Notes: generated by a model from the sequence alone, not told the origin. DNA of 53,765 nucleotides from Lysobacterales bacterium (GCA_026196445.1 JAPHTE010000293.1:1-53765); one strand, 5' to 3'. Counted from the first letter of the stretch, positions 9,820 to 20,674 are shown. Made by a program: numbers and translations.

Positions 9820-10644
9820 CTACCTGAAAAGCTTCAACTTGTCTTTGTAGGTCCTGGATAACTTGACCCTGTGGCCTGACGCCAGCGTGAGGAAATATTC
9901 ACCATTGATATGTGACTCCATTTCCCTGACCTGGTGGACATTGACGATGGTCGAGCGGTGAATGCGTTGCAGGATATTGCCGTCGAGTTCCTTTTCCAGG
10001 TCCTTCATGGTCTTGCGCATGATGTAGGTGACACCCTGCGCCTGTATGCACATGTAATCTCCGGCCGCGTCGATCCACTCGATATCGTGCTGGTTGACCC
10101 AGGTCGTTTTACCACCGTCGCGGATGGCCAGGCGCGCCGGTTCCTTGTGCACCAGTTCCTGCACCTCCTTTTTGCCCAGTTCCTCGAAACTGCTGATGTT
10201 CTCGCCGCTGATGCTGCTGACCAGTTCCAGTAACAACCGCTTCTGCTCCAGGGCGCGTTTCTGGCTGAGATTTTCACGGGCTTTTTCGAGCACCTGGTTA
10301 AGGCGTTCTTCGTCGATGGGCTTGAGGATGTAATCCAGTGCGTTGACCTCGAAAGCGCGTACTGCGTATTCATCGTAGGCGGTCAGGAACAGGATCAGCG
10401 GCATGGTCTCGACATCGAGTTGCTGCACCACTTCGAAACCGCTGAGGCCCGGCATCTGTATATCCAGGAACACCAGGTCGGGCTTTTTCTCGGCGATCAG
10501 ATTGAGGGCTTCACGGCCATTGCGGGCTTCACCCACGACCTCGACATCTGCGATGGCTTTAAGGCGGTGGGTCAGGCCGCGTCGCGCCAGAGATTCGTCA
10601 TCCACTATCAGGGTTTTCAGCAATTGTGGTTTGCTTGTCGCCAA
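9820..10644 (-). CDS. LytTR-family (AlgR/AgrA-type) two-component response regulator, no adjacent kinase
   Basis: REC domain (LIVDDESLARRGLTHRL...DLVFLDIQMPGLSGFEVV...LILFLTAYDEYAVRAFEVNALDYILKP) plus a C-terminal LytTR DNA-binding domain (IEWIDAAGDYMCIQAQGVTYIMRKTMKDLEKEL...RIHRSTIVNVHQV). No in-frame ATG lies upstream of the REC domain, so I propose TTG at 10644 (alternative TTG at 10623). The track ORF runs to 11034 inside comM. Confidence 0.8.
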   Translation of the reverse strand: MATSKPQLLKTLIVDDESLARRGLTHRLKAIADVEVVGEARNGREALNLIAEKKPDLVFLDIQMPGLSGFEVVQQLDVETMPLILFLTAYDEYAVRAFEVNALDYILKPIDEERLNQVLEKARENLSQKRALEQKRLLLELVSSISGENISSFEELGKKEVQELVHKEPARLAIRDGGKTTWVNQHDIEWIDAAGDYMCIQAQGVTYIMRKTMKDLEKELDGNILQRIHRSTIVNVHQVREMESHINGEYFLTLASGHRVKLSRTYKDKLKLFR

Positions 10645-10741
10645 CTCTTGTTCCGTGATCCAGGGTAGTGCCAGGAAGCACAGCTTATCATTCTTTCTGC
10701 CGAGCGCAATCCATCGACAGTCGGGAATGGGTTTTTTAGGA

Positions 10742-12253
10742 TTAGCCACCCAGGATTGAAGTACTGACTTTGCGCAAAGCGATGGCCTCTGCCAGGTGGC
10801 CGGCGGTGATGTCCGGGACGTGATCCAGGTCGGCAATGGTACGCGCCACTTTAAGAATCCGGTGGCAGGCGCGCGGCGAAAGGTAGAGTTGTTTGGCCGC
10901 GTCTTCCAGAAGTTGCAGGGTTGCGCCGTCGATTGTACAGAAACGCGACAGTTCGTCATTATCCAGCAGGGCATTGGCCTTGCCGGCACGCTCGTACTGC
11001 ACGGTTCTGGCTTCGACCACGCGTTGGCGGACATCCGCAGATACCTCGGTGCCGTCGTGCGAGGCGGTCAGGATGGAGGTTTTTGGGCGCAACACTTCCA
11101 CTTGAATATCGATACGGTCGAGCAAGGGGCCGGAAACCCGGTTACGGTAGCGCTGGATCTGCTCTGCGCTGCAGCAGCACCGGCCGCTGTCGTCACCTGA
11201 GAGGCCGCAGGGACAGGGGTTCATGGCGGCCACCAACTGGAAACGCGCCGGAAAGGTGGATTGCATGACGGCCCTGGATATAACGATACGCCCGGACTCC
11301 AGCGGCTCGCGCAGGATTTCCAGCGTGTGACGGCCGAACTCGGGCAATTCATCCAGAAACAGCACACCGTTATGTGCCAACGAAATTTCCCCGGGTTTTG
11401 GGCGTGAACCGCCACCAGCCAGGGCCGCGGCGGTGCAGGAGTGGTGCGGTGACCTGAATGGCCGTATGCCCCAGTGAGCCAGGTCAAAGCCCGCCCGGCT
11501 GACAGAGGTCACCGCGGCGGACTCCAGGGCCTCCTGTTCGCTCATCGGTGGCAGGATTCCCGGCAGCCTGGAGGCGAGCAGGGTTTTGCCGGTACCGGGC
11601 GGGCCGGCGAGTAACAGGTGATGATTGCCGGCCGCAGCGATTTCAAGCGCCCGTTTCGGCCCTGGCAGGCCAATGACATCGGCCAGGTCAGGATGGATTG
11701 CGATCTGCCTGTCGGGCATGGTCTGGCACCGGTCGAGTTCCTGCCGGCCACACAACCAGCCGGCGATCGCCAGCAGCGAATTGCCTTGGTAAGTGTCCCC
11801 GTCTCTGACCAGGCCGGCTTCGGCCGCATTATCCTGCGGGATGATCAGTGTGCGGCCCCGCTCGCGTGACCGGATGGCAGCGGGCAGCACGCCGCGTACC
11901 GAACGCAGTTCGCCATTGAGTGACAATTCGCCGAGAAACTCACAATTTTCCAACGTTACCGCTGGCACCTGTTTTGAAGCCGCGAGGATACCCAGTGCGA
12001 TCGGCAGGTCCAGGCCACCGCCTTCCTTGGGCAGTTCAGCAGGCGCCAGTGAAACGGTGATGCGGCTTTGTGGCCACTTGAAACCGGAGTTGATCATCGC
12101 GGACCGTACGCGGTCTTTCGACTCGCGTACCGCGGTTTCCGGCAATCCGACCATGTGCATTGATGGCAAACCACCCGACAGGTGGACCTCCACGGTTATT
12201 GACGGCGCTTCCACACCCGTGCAACCGCGACTGTGGACCAGTGACAGACCCAA
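10742..12253 (-). CDS. comM: YifB/ComM family Mg-chelatase-like AAA+ ATPase (competence-associated helicase)
   Basis: 503-aa ORF with a Lon-protease-like N-domain (VEVHLSGGLPSMHMVGLPETAVRESKDRVRSA), Walker A (LLLAGPPGTGKT), Walker B (GVLFLDELPEF), and a C-terminal ChlI-like region. Confidence 0.92.
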   Translation of the reverse strand: MGLSLVHSRGCTGVEAPSITVEVHLSGGLPSMHMVGLPETAVRESKDRVRSAMINSGFKWPQSRITVSLAPAELPKEGGGLDLPIALGILAASKQVPAVTLENCEFLGELSLNGELRSVRGVLPAAIRSRERGRTLIIPQDNAAEAGLVRDGDTYQGNSLLAIAGWLCGRQELDRCQTMPDRQIAIHPDLADVIGLPGPKRALEIAAAGNHHLLLAGPPGTGKTLLASRLPGILPPMSEQEALESAAVTSVSRAGFDLAHWGIRPFRSPHHSCTAAALAGGGSRPKPGEISLAHNGVLFLDELPEFGRHTLEILREPLESGRIVISRAVMQSTFPARFQLVAAMNPCPCGLSGDDSGRCCCSAEQIQRYRNRVSGPLLDRIDIQVEVLRPKTSILTASHDGTEVSADVRQRVVEARTVQYERAGKANALLDNDELSRFCTIDGATLQLLEDAAKQLYLSPRACHRILKVARTIADLDHVPDITAGHLAEAIALRKVSTSILGG

Positions 12254-12484
12254 GGCTCAGCCCCTTGACAAACATCGGTGATGGCGTAGCGCTCCCATGG
12301 TGTGATTCTGTCGCACCCGGCGGTGTTCGCACTGTGGCTGTCTTCCCGGTATCGTGTAGGCAATCGGCCTGAAGTGGCCGTGCGGGTGTTAACAGGTCTT
12401 ATAATTCTCTCGTTTCATCCGTTTGTACACCCGGTTACTCAAACAAGCGACTGCTACGGTGGTCACAGGCAAAACATAATTGGA

Positions 12485-12897
<413 letters not shown>

Positions 12898-12918
12898 ACG
12901 AGTGACGGGTGAAAAGTT

Positions 12919-13791
12919 GTGAACGATAAGATCAGGGCAGGTGTGATCGGCCTGGGTGCGATGGGTGAGCCGATGGCACAACACCTCGCGAACGCGGGAT
13001 ATTTGAGCATGGTCTGGAACCGTACTCCGGAAAAGTCCACGCAATTTGCCACGCGCAACGGCGTCACTGCTGCGGAGACACCGGCACAACTGGCGGCCGG
13101 ATGTAACGTCATCCTGGTCTGCGTGTCGGCAGATGCGGACCTGAAGGACGTCATTGAACAGCTTTTACCGGCAATCAAACCCGCTTGCGTCGTATGTGAT
13201 CTTTCCACTGTTGCCCCGGCCACGGCGCGGCAGGTTGCCGCGAGCCTGGAGCCGACCGGTGCGGGTTTTGTCGACGCACCCGTATCCGGTGGTGTGGAAG
13301 GCGCCAAAAAGGGGTGCCTGTCGGTCATGGCGGGAGGGGAATCCGCCAATATTTCGCGGATTATGCCAGTGCTCGAGACATTTTCCGCGAGCGTCACGCA
13401 CATGGGACCGGTGGGTTCGGGCCAGGCGACCAAGGCGGTCAACCAGGTGATAGTTGCCGGGATCGCGGAAGCGACCTGCGAGGCGCTGGCGCTGGCCGAG
13501 AAACTAAATTTGCCTTCGCAGCGTCTATTATCAGTAGTCAGCGCGGGCGCGGCGGGCAGCTGGTTCCTCGATCATCGTGGTGCGAGCATGCTGGAAAACC
13601 AGTTCGATGTCGGTTTCAAGTTGTCCCTGCTGCTCAAGGACCTGTTGATTTGCCGCTCTTTGGCACAGGATTTGGATATCCATGTACCGACGGTAGAAGC
13701 GGCCATCAGGGATTACAGCGCGCTGGTGGAAAAAGGCCACGGGGACCATGATATTTCCGGCCTGATCCATTTGAAACGTGGCGCTGATTGA
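12919..13791 (+). CDS. NAD(P)-dependent oxidoreductase, 3-hydroxyisobutyrate dehydrogenase / 2-hydroxy-3-oxopropionate reductase family
   Basis: 290 aa with an N-terminal Rossmann motif (GVIGLGAMGEPMAQHL) and the family-typical DAPVSGG and GSGQATKAVNQ motifs. GTG start. Confidence 0.85.
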   Translation: MNDKIRAGVIGLGAMGEPMAQHLANAGYLSMVWNRTPEKSTQFATRNGVTAAETPAQLAAGCNVILVCVSADADLKDVIEQLLPAIKPACVVCDLSTVAPATARQVAASLEPTGAGFVDAPVSGGVEGAKKGCLSVMAGGESANISRIMPVLETFSASVTHMGPVGSGQATKAVNQVIVAGIAEATCEALALAEKLNLPSQRLLSVVSAGAAGSWFLDHRGASMLENQFDVGFKLSLLLKDLLICRSLAQDLDIHVPTVEAAIRDYSALVEKGHGDHDISGLIHLKRGAD

Positions 13792-13815
13792 GACAATGAA
13801 CAAGAATTAGGGAAC

Positions 13816-16014
13816 ATGGCAAAGGATCATTCATTTCTGTCAGCAGTATTGACCGAACTCAACCGGCGTAAAGTCCTGCGCACGGTCGGCGCCTACGCGG
13901 TGGGCGTGTTCGTCGTGCTACAACTGATGGATGCGGCGGTCGAGCCGTTGCGTTTGCCGGACTGGCTGCCGACGCTGGTGGTGCTGGTGCTGATACTGGG
14001 TTTCCCGCTGGTTTTCATCCTGGCCTGGCAACTGGAGATCACACCCGAGGGCATCAAGAAGACCCGCACCGCGGGTGCCATGACCACTGTGCAAAGCGGC
14101 TTGTTATTCAGCATGATGATGCTCGGCATGGTAGGCCTCGGTTGGGGTTTTTACAGTTACTATTCCGGTGTCTTCATCACCACGGACGCTGTTGGGGCCA
14201 CGACAATAACCGAGCAGCGTGCTTTTGTTGCACCGGAAAACTCCATCGCGGTCTTACCCTTCGCTGACCTGTCGGAAGACAGCAGCCAGGGCTATTTTTC
14301 CGATGGTATCGCCGAGGAAATCCTCAATGTGCTGGCCAAGGTCGAGGGCCTGCACGTCGCGGCCCGCACCTCGTCATTTGCATTCCGCGAGCCGAACACG
14401 GATATCCGCGAAATTGGCCGCCTGCTTAACGTGTCAACGGTGCTCGAAGGCAGCATAAGAAAAGCCGGTAACCGCATCCGCATGACCGCACAGCTGATCA
14501 ATGTCGAGGATGGTTATCACATCTGGTCGGAATCCTATGACCGCAAGCTGGATGATGTGTTTGCCATCCAGGATGAAATTGCCAGTGCGATTGCAACTGC
14601 CCTGGTCGGTTCTTTTTCAGGCCTGGAACAGGCGACGGCATCGAGAACCCATGATCTGGCGGCCTTCGAGGCCTACCGGACCGGACGTTTGCATTGGTGG
14701 CGCCGGTCGCCGGATGAGCTGCAAAAGGCCATCACGCTGTTTGCAAGGGCGTTGGAGTACGACCCAATGTTTGCACCCGCTTACGCGGCCATGGCGGACT
14801 CCTGGTTGTTACTGTCCCTTTACGGCAACCTGACCAGCTTGGAGGCGACCGAGCGCGCCATGCCGATGATCGAAAAGGCGTTGGCTATCGATCCGGAGTC
14901 CGCCGAAGGCTTTGCCGCGCTCGGCCTGGCGCGCTGGCAGATCGGCCAGGTAGACGCAGGTGAGTCGGCCTTACGCCAGGCGGTCAGCCTGAATGATGAC
15001 TATATCCCGGCCTACCTTTGGCTGGGTGGTCTGCTGGGTGATGAGGGGCGCCTGCCAGAACAGCGCCAGGTGCTGCAACACGCCATGGCGCTCGACCCGC
15101 TGAATGAACTGCTGGCGGTCAACTATGCCAAGAACCTGATCAGCCAGGGCGACTACGCGGCCGGCAAGGAGTTGCTGCAGGACCTGGTTGCCATGCGCCC
15201 TGATTCGGTGACCCTGCTGCGTCTTTTGGCCGGTTACGCGATCGGCGCCGGCGAGCTGGTCGAAGGATGGCGCTACGCAAACCGCTCCTACGCCCTGGAG
15301 CCGGATAGCCCCGCGGTGATCGAGGTCCTGGCAGGCGCCTGGTTGAGCGTCGGCGTGGATGACGAGGCGGAGCGCCTGTTACTGGACGGACTGGAGATCG
15401 CCGGGGATAATTTCGGTTTGCAGAACAGCTATTTCTTCCTGTTGCTGAAACAGCGCCGGTTGGAGAAAGCTGAAAGCCTGTTAGCCGACCAGTTTGGTAG
15501 CGCCGTCAATGAGCTGCCCGAACAACTCCAGCAGTTCTATTATTTTCAAAAAGGCCTGATCAGGCTGGTGGCCGGTGACATTGATTCTGCCCGGGAACTG
15601 ATCGAGCAGGCCGTCTCCGAAGAAGCTGACCAGACCCTGAGCGACTCGCAGATCATGTTCATGACGATATCGTCCGCACTACAGGCGGCTGCGGGCAACG
15701 CCGAGCTGGCAGAGCAGAGGCTATCCAGCGCCGAGCGCGCCGTCCGCCGTGCGCGAATCAACGGCATGGATGATGCAAATATCAATTACACGGAATCCAG
15801 CATATATGCACTGAGGGGCAACATACAGCCCGCGCTCGAGAAACTGCAGGTTGCTTACGAGCGGGGTTTTCGCCAGGTTTGGCTGCTGGAGCTCGACACA
15901 CGCCTGGACCCGCTGCGCCAGGAACCGCAATTCGTAGCCCTGAAGGAGCAGATGGAGCGGGATATCGTCCAGGCACGGTCACGTGTCGAATCCATGGAGG
16001 TTGCAGGCCTCTAA
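13816..16014 (+). CDS. Membrane-anchored protein with a TolB-N/LpoB-like alpha-beta domain and a long TPR array (function unknown)
   Basis: 732 aa. The N-terminal motif LNRRKVLRTVGAYAVGVFVVLQLMD is followed by TM helices. Next comes IAVLPFADLSEDSSQGYFSDGIAEEILNVLAKVEGLHVAARTSSF...VLEGSIRKAGNRIRMTAQLINVEDGYHIW, then repeated TPR-like A/L-rich helices to the C-terminus. Confidence 0.7.
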   Translation: MAKDHSFLSAVLTELNRRKVLRTVGAYAVGVFVVLQLMDAAVEPLRLPDWLPTLVVLVLILGFPLVFILAWQLEITPEGIKKTRTAGAMTTVQSGLLFSMMMLGMVGLGWGFYSYYSGVFITTDAVGATTITEQRAFVAPENSIAVLPFADLSEDSSQGYFSDGIAEEILNVLAKVEGLHVAARTSSFAFREPNTDIREIGRLLNVSTVLEGSIRKAGNRIRMTAQLINVEDGYHIWSESYDRKLDDVFAIQDEIASAIATALVGSFSGLEQATASRTHDLAAFEAYRTGRLHWWRRSPDELQKAITLFARALEYDPMFAPAYAAMADSWLLLSLYGNLTSLEATERAMPMIEKALAIDPESAEGFAALGLARWQIGQVDAGESALRQAVSLNDDYIPAYLWLGGLLGDEGRLPEQRQVLQHAMALDPLNELLAVNYAKNLISQGDYAAGKELLQDLVAMRPDSVTLLRLLAGYAIGAGELVEGWRYANRSYALEPDSPAVIEVLAGAWLSVGVDDEAERLLLDGLEIAGDNFGLQNSYFFLLLKQRRLEKAESLLADQFGSAVNELPEQLQQFYYFQKGLIRLVAGDIDSARELIEQAVSEEADQTLSDSQIMFMTISSALQAAAGNAELAEQRLSSAERAVRRARINGMDDANINYTESSIYALRGNIQPALEKLQVAYERGFRQVWLLELDTRLDPLRQEPQFVALKEQMERDIVQARSRVESMEVAGL

Positions 16015-16025
16015 GCCAGGTCGTA

Positions 16026-18098
16026 TCAGACCCCTGCAAAACGCGTCGTATCACCCAACCAGCGGCGAATCAGCTTGTCGGCTTGATCAGGGTCTTGTTG
16101 CATCAATGCGTCGGCTGCGGCCGGAATCCGTTTCAAGAGATCCGCGTCCCGCGCCAGGTCCGCCACGCGGAAGGCCAGCATGCCCGTCTGCCGGGTGCCG
16201 AGGACCTCGCCGGGTCCACGTAATTCCAGGTCTTTTTCGGCGATCAGGAAGCCGTCGCTGGTCTGCCGCATGATTTCCATGCGTTGCCGGGCGAGGTCAC
16301 CCAGCGGTGGGTTGTACATCAAAACGCAGGAGGATTTACCGCTCCCGCGCCCGACCCGGCCACGCAGCTGGTGAAGTTGTGCCAGGCCCAGGCGCTCGGC
16401 GTTCTCGATGATCATCAGGGTGGCGTTGGGTACATCGACGCCGACCTCGATCACCGTGGTGGCGACCAGCAGGTGGATGGCGCCGGTCTTGAACTTATCC
16501 ATGATGCGCTGCTTCTCAGCCGTTTTTAGCCGCCCGTGGATCAGGCCGATAGTGAGTCCGTGCAGTTCATTGTGCAGCTGGCCGGCCACCTCTTCAGCCG
16601 CCTGGGCGGCGATCAGGTCGGATTCTTCGACCAAGGTGCACACCCAGTAGGCCTGTTGACCGTCTGCGCAGGCCTTCGCGACCCGGGCGGTGACCTCCCC
16701 GCGGCGCTGGTTGGAGATCACCACGGTCTGCACCGGCTGCCGGCCCGGTGGCAGCTCGTCGATCACGGAGACATCCATGCCGGCGTATGCGGTCATGGCC
16801 AGCGTGCGCGGAATGGGCGTGGCCGTCATGATCAGCTGGTGCGCCTGGCGGTCACCAGTTTTCCCCTTTTCCAGCAGGTCCATGCGTTGGTCGACACCAA
16901 AACGGTGTTGCTCGTCGACGATGACCAGACCCAGGCGCTGGAACTCGACGCCTTTTTGCATCAATGCGTGTGTACCGATGACGATAGGTGCGCCGTCACT
17001 GATACGCTGCAGCGCCTCGCTGCGCTTCTTGCCTGTCACCTTGCCACTGAGCCAGACCGGCTCGATTCCCAGCGGCACAAGCCAATCACTGAATGTCTGT
17101 AAATGCTGCTCTGCGAGCAATTCCGTGGGTGCCGTGATCGCGGTCTGGTAGCCGTTGTCCGTGGCCCGCAAGGCAGCCATGGCCGCCATCACGGTCTTGC
17201 CGGAGCCGACATCGCCGTGCACCAGCCGTAACATCGGCTTGTCGCTTTCAAGGTCCTTGTGGATTTCCTGCGCGACCCGTTGCTGGGCCCCGGTCAACGC
17301 AAATGGAAGGCTATCGAGAAAGGCAGCTTCTGCTGCAGCACAGGGCGGCATCACCGGCGCCGACAACGCGCGCTGCAGGCGGCGCAGCTTTTGCATGCCA
17401 AGGTTGTGGGCCAGCAATTCTTCCAGCGCCAAACGTTTCTGTGACGGGTGGGCACGCATGACCAGCGCAGTCACGTCCGCATCCGCCGGCGGGCGGTGAA
17501 TAAATTGCAATGTCTCGGCCAGCGGCTTCAGCCGCAGTTGCTCCAACAGCTTGCGGGGTAAAAGTTCTTCCAGTTCCAGCGCGCCGCGCTGCAGCAAGGC
17601 CAGTGCCTGGTCGGTCATTTTAAGCCATTGTTTAGGCCCCAGGCCTTCGGTGCTCGGGTACACCGGCGTCAGGCGATCTGCGAGTGGCTCGGGTCTGTCG
17701 CCGGCCAGACGCTTGTAGGACGGGTGGATGATTTCGAGACCCTTGAAACCGGCCCGGACTTCGCCGAAACATCGCAGACGCGTACCCTTGGCCAGCTGTT
17801 GTTGCTGGTAATAGCGGAAATGGAAAAACCGCAGAGTCACGCGGCCAGTGCCGTCGAACAGCACCACCACCAGCATGGGGCGGCGTGCGCGAACGATTGC
17901 GCTGTGCTCGATCCGGCCCTCCAGCAGCACCCGCTGGCCGGGACTGATGCCGCCGATCGGGTGTATGCGGGTACGGTCCTCGTAGCGGATTGGTAAATGG
18001 AACAACAAATCCGTGACCTGGCAGATGCCGAGTGCGCCGAGTTTTTCAGCGAGCTTGGGACCAACACCCTGCAGGTCCGTTATTGCCAGGGGCTGCAT
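16026..18098 (-). CDS. recG: ATP-dependent DNA helicase RecG
   Basis: 690 aa with a wedge domain and SF2 helicase motifs (GDVGSGKT, DEQHRFGV, TATPIPRT, QLHQLRGRVGRG). Confidence 0.96.
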   Translation of the reverse strand: MQPLAITDLQGVGPKLAEKLGALGICQVTDLLFHLPIRYEDRTRIHPIGGISPGQRVLLEGRIEHSAIVRARRPMLVVVLFDGTGRVTLRFFHFRYYQQQQLAKGTRLRCFGEVRAGFKGLEIIHPSYKRLAGDRPEPLADRLTPVYPSTEGLGPKQWLKMTDQALALLQRGALELEELLPRKLLEQLRLKPLAETLQFIHRPPADADVTALVMRAHPSQKRLALEELLAHNLGMQKLRRLQRALSAPVMPPCAAAEAAFLDSLPFALTGAQQRVAQEIHKDLESDKPMLRLVHGDVGSGKTVMAAMAALRATDNGYQTAITAPTELLAEQHLQTFSDWLVPLGIEPVWLSGKVTGKKRSEALQRISDGAPIVIGTHALMQKGVEFQRLGLVIVDEQHRFGVDQRMDLLEKGKTGDRQAHQLIMTATPIPRTLAMTAYAGMDVSVIDELPPGRQPVQTVVISNQRRGEVTARVAKACADGQQAYWVCTLVEESDLIAAQAAEEVAGQLHNELHGLTIGLIHGRLKTAEKQRIMDKFKTGAIHLLVATTVIEVGVDVPNATLMIIENAERLGLAQLHQLRGRVGRGSGKSSCVLMYNPPLGDLARQRMEIMRQTSDGFLIAEKDLELRGPGEVLGTRQTGMLAFRVADLARDADLLKRIPAAADALMQQDPDQADKLIRRWLGDTTRFAGV

Positions 18099-18137
18099 GG
18101 GTGATACAGTATATGATTCCAGTGCTTCAGGGGTGAC

Positions 18138-18521
18138 TCATCGCCCGGCCATAACGGCGTCCATTTCGACCCGCGCATCCTTGGGCAGGGCGGCGACACC
18201 AATGGCGGCGCGCGCCGGAAAAGGCGAGTTGAAATATTGTTCCATGATGGCATTGACCTGCGGGAAATCCCCCATATCGGCCAGGTAGATGGTCAGCTTG
18301 AGGATGTCGTCGAGCGATCCACCGGCCGCCTTGCAGACGGCGGAAAGATTTTCGAAGACCTGCCGGATTTGCACCTCGATACCGCCTTCAACCATTTCCA
18401 TGGTTTCAGGAACCAGTGGAATCTGGCCGGAAAGAAAAACCAGGTTTCCTTGCCGGACTGCTTGTGAATAGGTGCCGATGGCCTTGGGCGCCTGTTCGGT
18501 ATGAATGATTTTTTTGCTCAT
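18138..18521 (-). CDS. ridA: RidA/YjgF family reactive-intermediate (enamine/imine) deaminase
   Basis: 127 aa with APKAIGTYSQAV, SGQIPL, and ARAAIGVAALPKDARVEMDAV, typical of RidA. Confidence 0.9.
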   Translation of the reverse strand: MSKKIIHTEQAPKAIGTYSQAVRQGNLVFLSGQIPLVPETMEMVEGGIEVQIRQVFENLSAVCKAAGGSLDDILKLTIYLADMGDFPQVNAIMEQYFNSPFPARAAIGVAALPKDARVEMDAVMAGR

Positions 18522-18541
18522 GGTAAGTGCTCCAAAACGTG

Positions 18542-20674
18542 CTATGCCTTGATCCGGCTGACGCGCGAGACGTTGCTGTTGCGTCTGAGGCGTCGCATGA
18601 CACGCGCCATGTGATCCCGGTCCTTGACACTGATGGTAAACAGCAGGGTGGCGATTTCCTGGTTGGCTTCAGGTTGTTCGATCCTTTCGATGTTACTGCC
18701 CACCTCGCCGATGCTGGCAGAGATGTTGGCCAGCACCCCGGGTACGTTCTTGGCCAGGATGTGCAGGCCGACTTCGAACATGCCGCGCAGGATTGGCGCC
18801 CAGGCGACGTCGATACAGTGGTCCGGGCTCTTGCGCAGTTCGCGTACGTTACGGCAATTCACGCGGTGCACCACGACGCCCTTGCCGGCCGACAGAAAGC
18901 CCATGATTGCATCGCCGGGTACCGGGCGGCAGCAGGCGGAAAAGGTCACGGCGCTGCCTTCCGAACCGGCGATCGACAGGGCTTCGGTCTGGTCTGCCGG
19001 TGTCCGGGTGCTGACTTCGGGCGCCAGCTTGGCAGCCACGACGCTGGCCAGCAGGTTGCCGAGCGCCAGTTCTTTCAGCAGGTCTTCCTGGCGTGCAAAA
19101 CGATTGTCTTTCAGGTATTGGTTCATGCGCTTGGCGGGCACGGCATCGATATCTGAACCACGTGCGTTCAACGCGGTATCCAGCAACCGCAGGCCCAGCG
19201 CCACGGTGTCCGCCTGCTCGAGACTCTTGATGTAATGACGGATAGAGGTCCGGGCCCGCGCCGTTGAGACAAACTCGAGCCATTCCGGGATCGGGTGTGC
19301 GGCCGGGTCGGTAATTACCTTGACAGTCTGGCCATTATCCAGGCGGGTCGAGAGCGGCACTTCCACCTTGTCGACCATGATCTTCGCGGCGTGGTTGCCC
19401 ACGTCGGTATGGATCGCGTAGGCAAAATCAAGCGCGGTTGCATTGCTGCGCATATCGATGATCTTGCCCTTGGGCGTAAAGACAAAAATCTGGTCGGGGA
19501 ACAGGTCCGATTTTGCCCCGTCGAGAAACTCCATTGAATCCGTACTGTGGCGCTGTACTTCAACCAGCTGCATCAGCCATTCACGGGCCCGTACCTGGGC
19601 GGAGCCCGAGGTGGTCTCACCGCTCTTGTACTGCCAGTGGGCTGCGGCGCCCTTTTCCGCCAGCACGTCCATCTCCTGGGTGCGGATCTGGATTTCCACC
19701 GGCAGGTTGAAGGGGCTGTGCAGCACCGTGTGCAGTGACTGGTAACCGTTGGACTTGGGTAATGCGATGTGGTCCTTGAAGCGACCCGGCCGAGGACGAT
19801 AGAGACTGTGGATCGCACCCAGCGCCAGGTAACAATGGGGTTCCGAGTGCGTGATGATGCGGAAGCCGTAAACGTCGTTGACCTCTGAGAACGACAGGTC
19901 CTTGGCGAGCATTTTCCGATAAATGCTGTACGGGGTTTTTTCCCGGCCCTTGATGTCACAGGGTATCCCGGCTTCGTTCATCTTCCTTTTCAGCGCTTTG
20001 TGGATATCGGCGATGATCTCGCTGCGGTCACCGGTCACCGTCCTGATGTGTTCGGCGATGGTGCGGTGGCGCCAGGGAAACAGGTTGGCGAAACCCAGGT
20101 CCTGCAGTTCCGACTTGATGCTGTTCATGCCCAGGCGGTCGGCAATGGGAGCGTAGATGTCCAGCGTTTCGCGGGCGATCCGGCGGCGCGACTTGTTGTT
20201 CATGGAGCCCAGCGTACGCATATTGTGCAGACGGTCGGCGAGCTTGATGAAGATAACCCTCAGGTCGCGCGACATGGCCAGCATCAGCTTGCGGAAACTC
20301 TCCGCGTCCGCTTCGTACCGGGTACGGAACTTCATTTTGTCCAGCTTGGTCACGCCGTCTACCAGGTCTGCAATCTCGTCGCCAAACCGCGACTCGATCT
20401 CCGCATGTGTCAACGGCGTGTCTTCGATGGTGTCGTGCAGGATAGCGGCGGCGACGCTGCCGTAGTCCATGCGCATATTCGCCAGGATACGTGCAACGGC
20501 GACCGGGTGAAGAATATAGGGTTCACCGGTCTTGCGTGTCTGTCCCTCGTGTGCGTTCGCGCCGATCTCGAATGCGCGGAGGATAATGGCGACCTTTTCC
20601 GGTTCCAGGTAAGTGTTGAGCAGGTCTCTCAACTCAAGAACCGGCTCCGGTAAAGTCATCGGGGTCGCCAGCAT
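18542..20674 (-). CDS. spoT: Bifunctional (p)ppGpp synthetase/hydrolase SpoT
   Basis: 710 aa with the HD hydrolase motif (HPVAVARILA...LHDTIEDT), the RelA/SpoT synthetase domain (YSIYRKM...YQSLHTV), and TGS and ACT C-terminal domains. It lies downstream of rpoZ, as in the classical spo operon. Confidence 0.95.
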   Translation of the reverse strand: MLATPMTLPEPVLELRDLLNTYLEPEKVAIILRAFEIGANAHEGQTRKTGEPYILHPVAVARILANMRMDYGSVAAAILHDTIEDTPLTHAEIESRFGDEIADLVDGVTKLDKMKFRTRYEADAESFRKLMLAMSRDLRVIFIKLADRLHNMRTLGSMNNKSRRRIARETLDIYAPIADRLGMNSIKSELQDLGFANLFPWRHRTIAEHIRTVTGDRSEIIADIHKALKRKMNEAGIPCDIKGREKTPYSIYRKMLAKDLSFSEVNDVYGFRIITHSEPHCYLALGAIHSLYRPRPGRFKDHIALPKSNGYQSLHTVLHSPFNLPVEIQIRTQEMDVLAEKGAAAHWQYKSGETTSGSAQVRAREWLMQLVEVQRHSTDSMEFLDGAKSDLFPDQIFVFTPKGKIIDMRSNATALDFAYAIHTDVGNHAAKIMVDKVEVPLSTRLDNGQTVKVITDPAAHPIPEWLEFVSTARARTSIRHYIKSLEQADTVALGLRLLDTALNARGSDIDAVPAKRMNQYLKDNRFARQEDLLKELALGNLLASVVAAKLAPEVSTRTPADQTEALSIAGSEGSAVTFSACCRPVPGDAIMGFLSAGKGVVVHRVNCRNVRELRKSPDHCIDVAWAPILRGMFEVGLHILAKNVPGVLANISASIGEVGSNIERIEQPEANQEIATLLFTISVKDRDHMARVMRRLRRNSNVSRVSRIKA

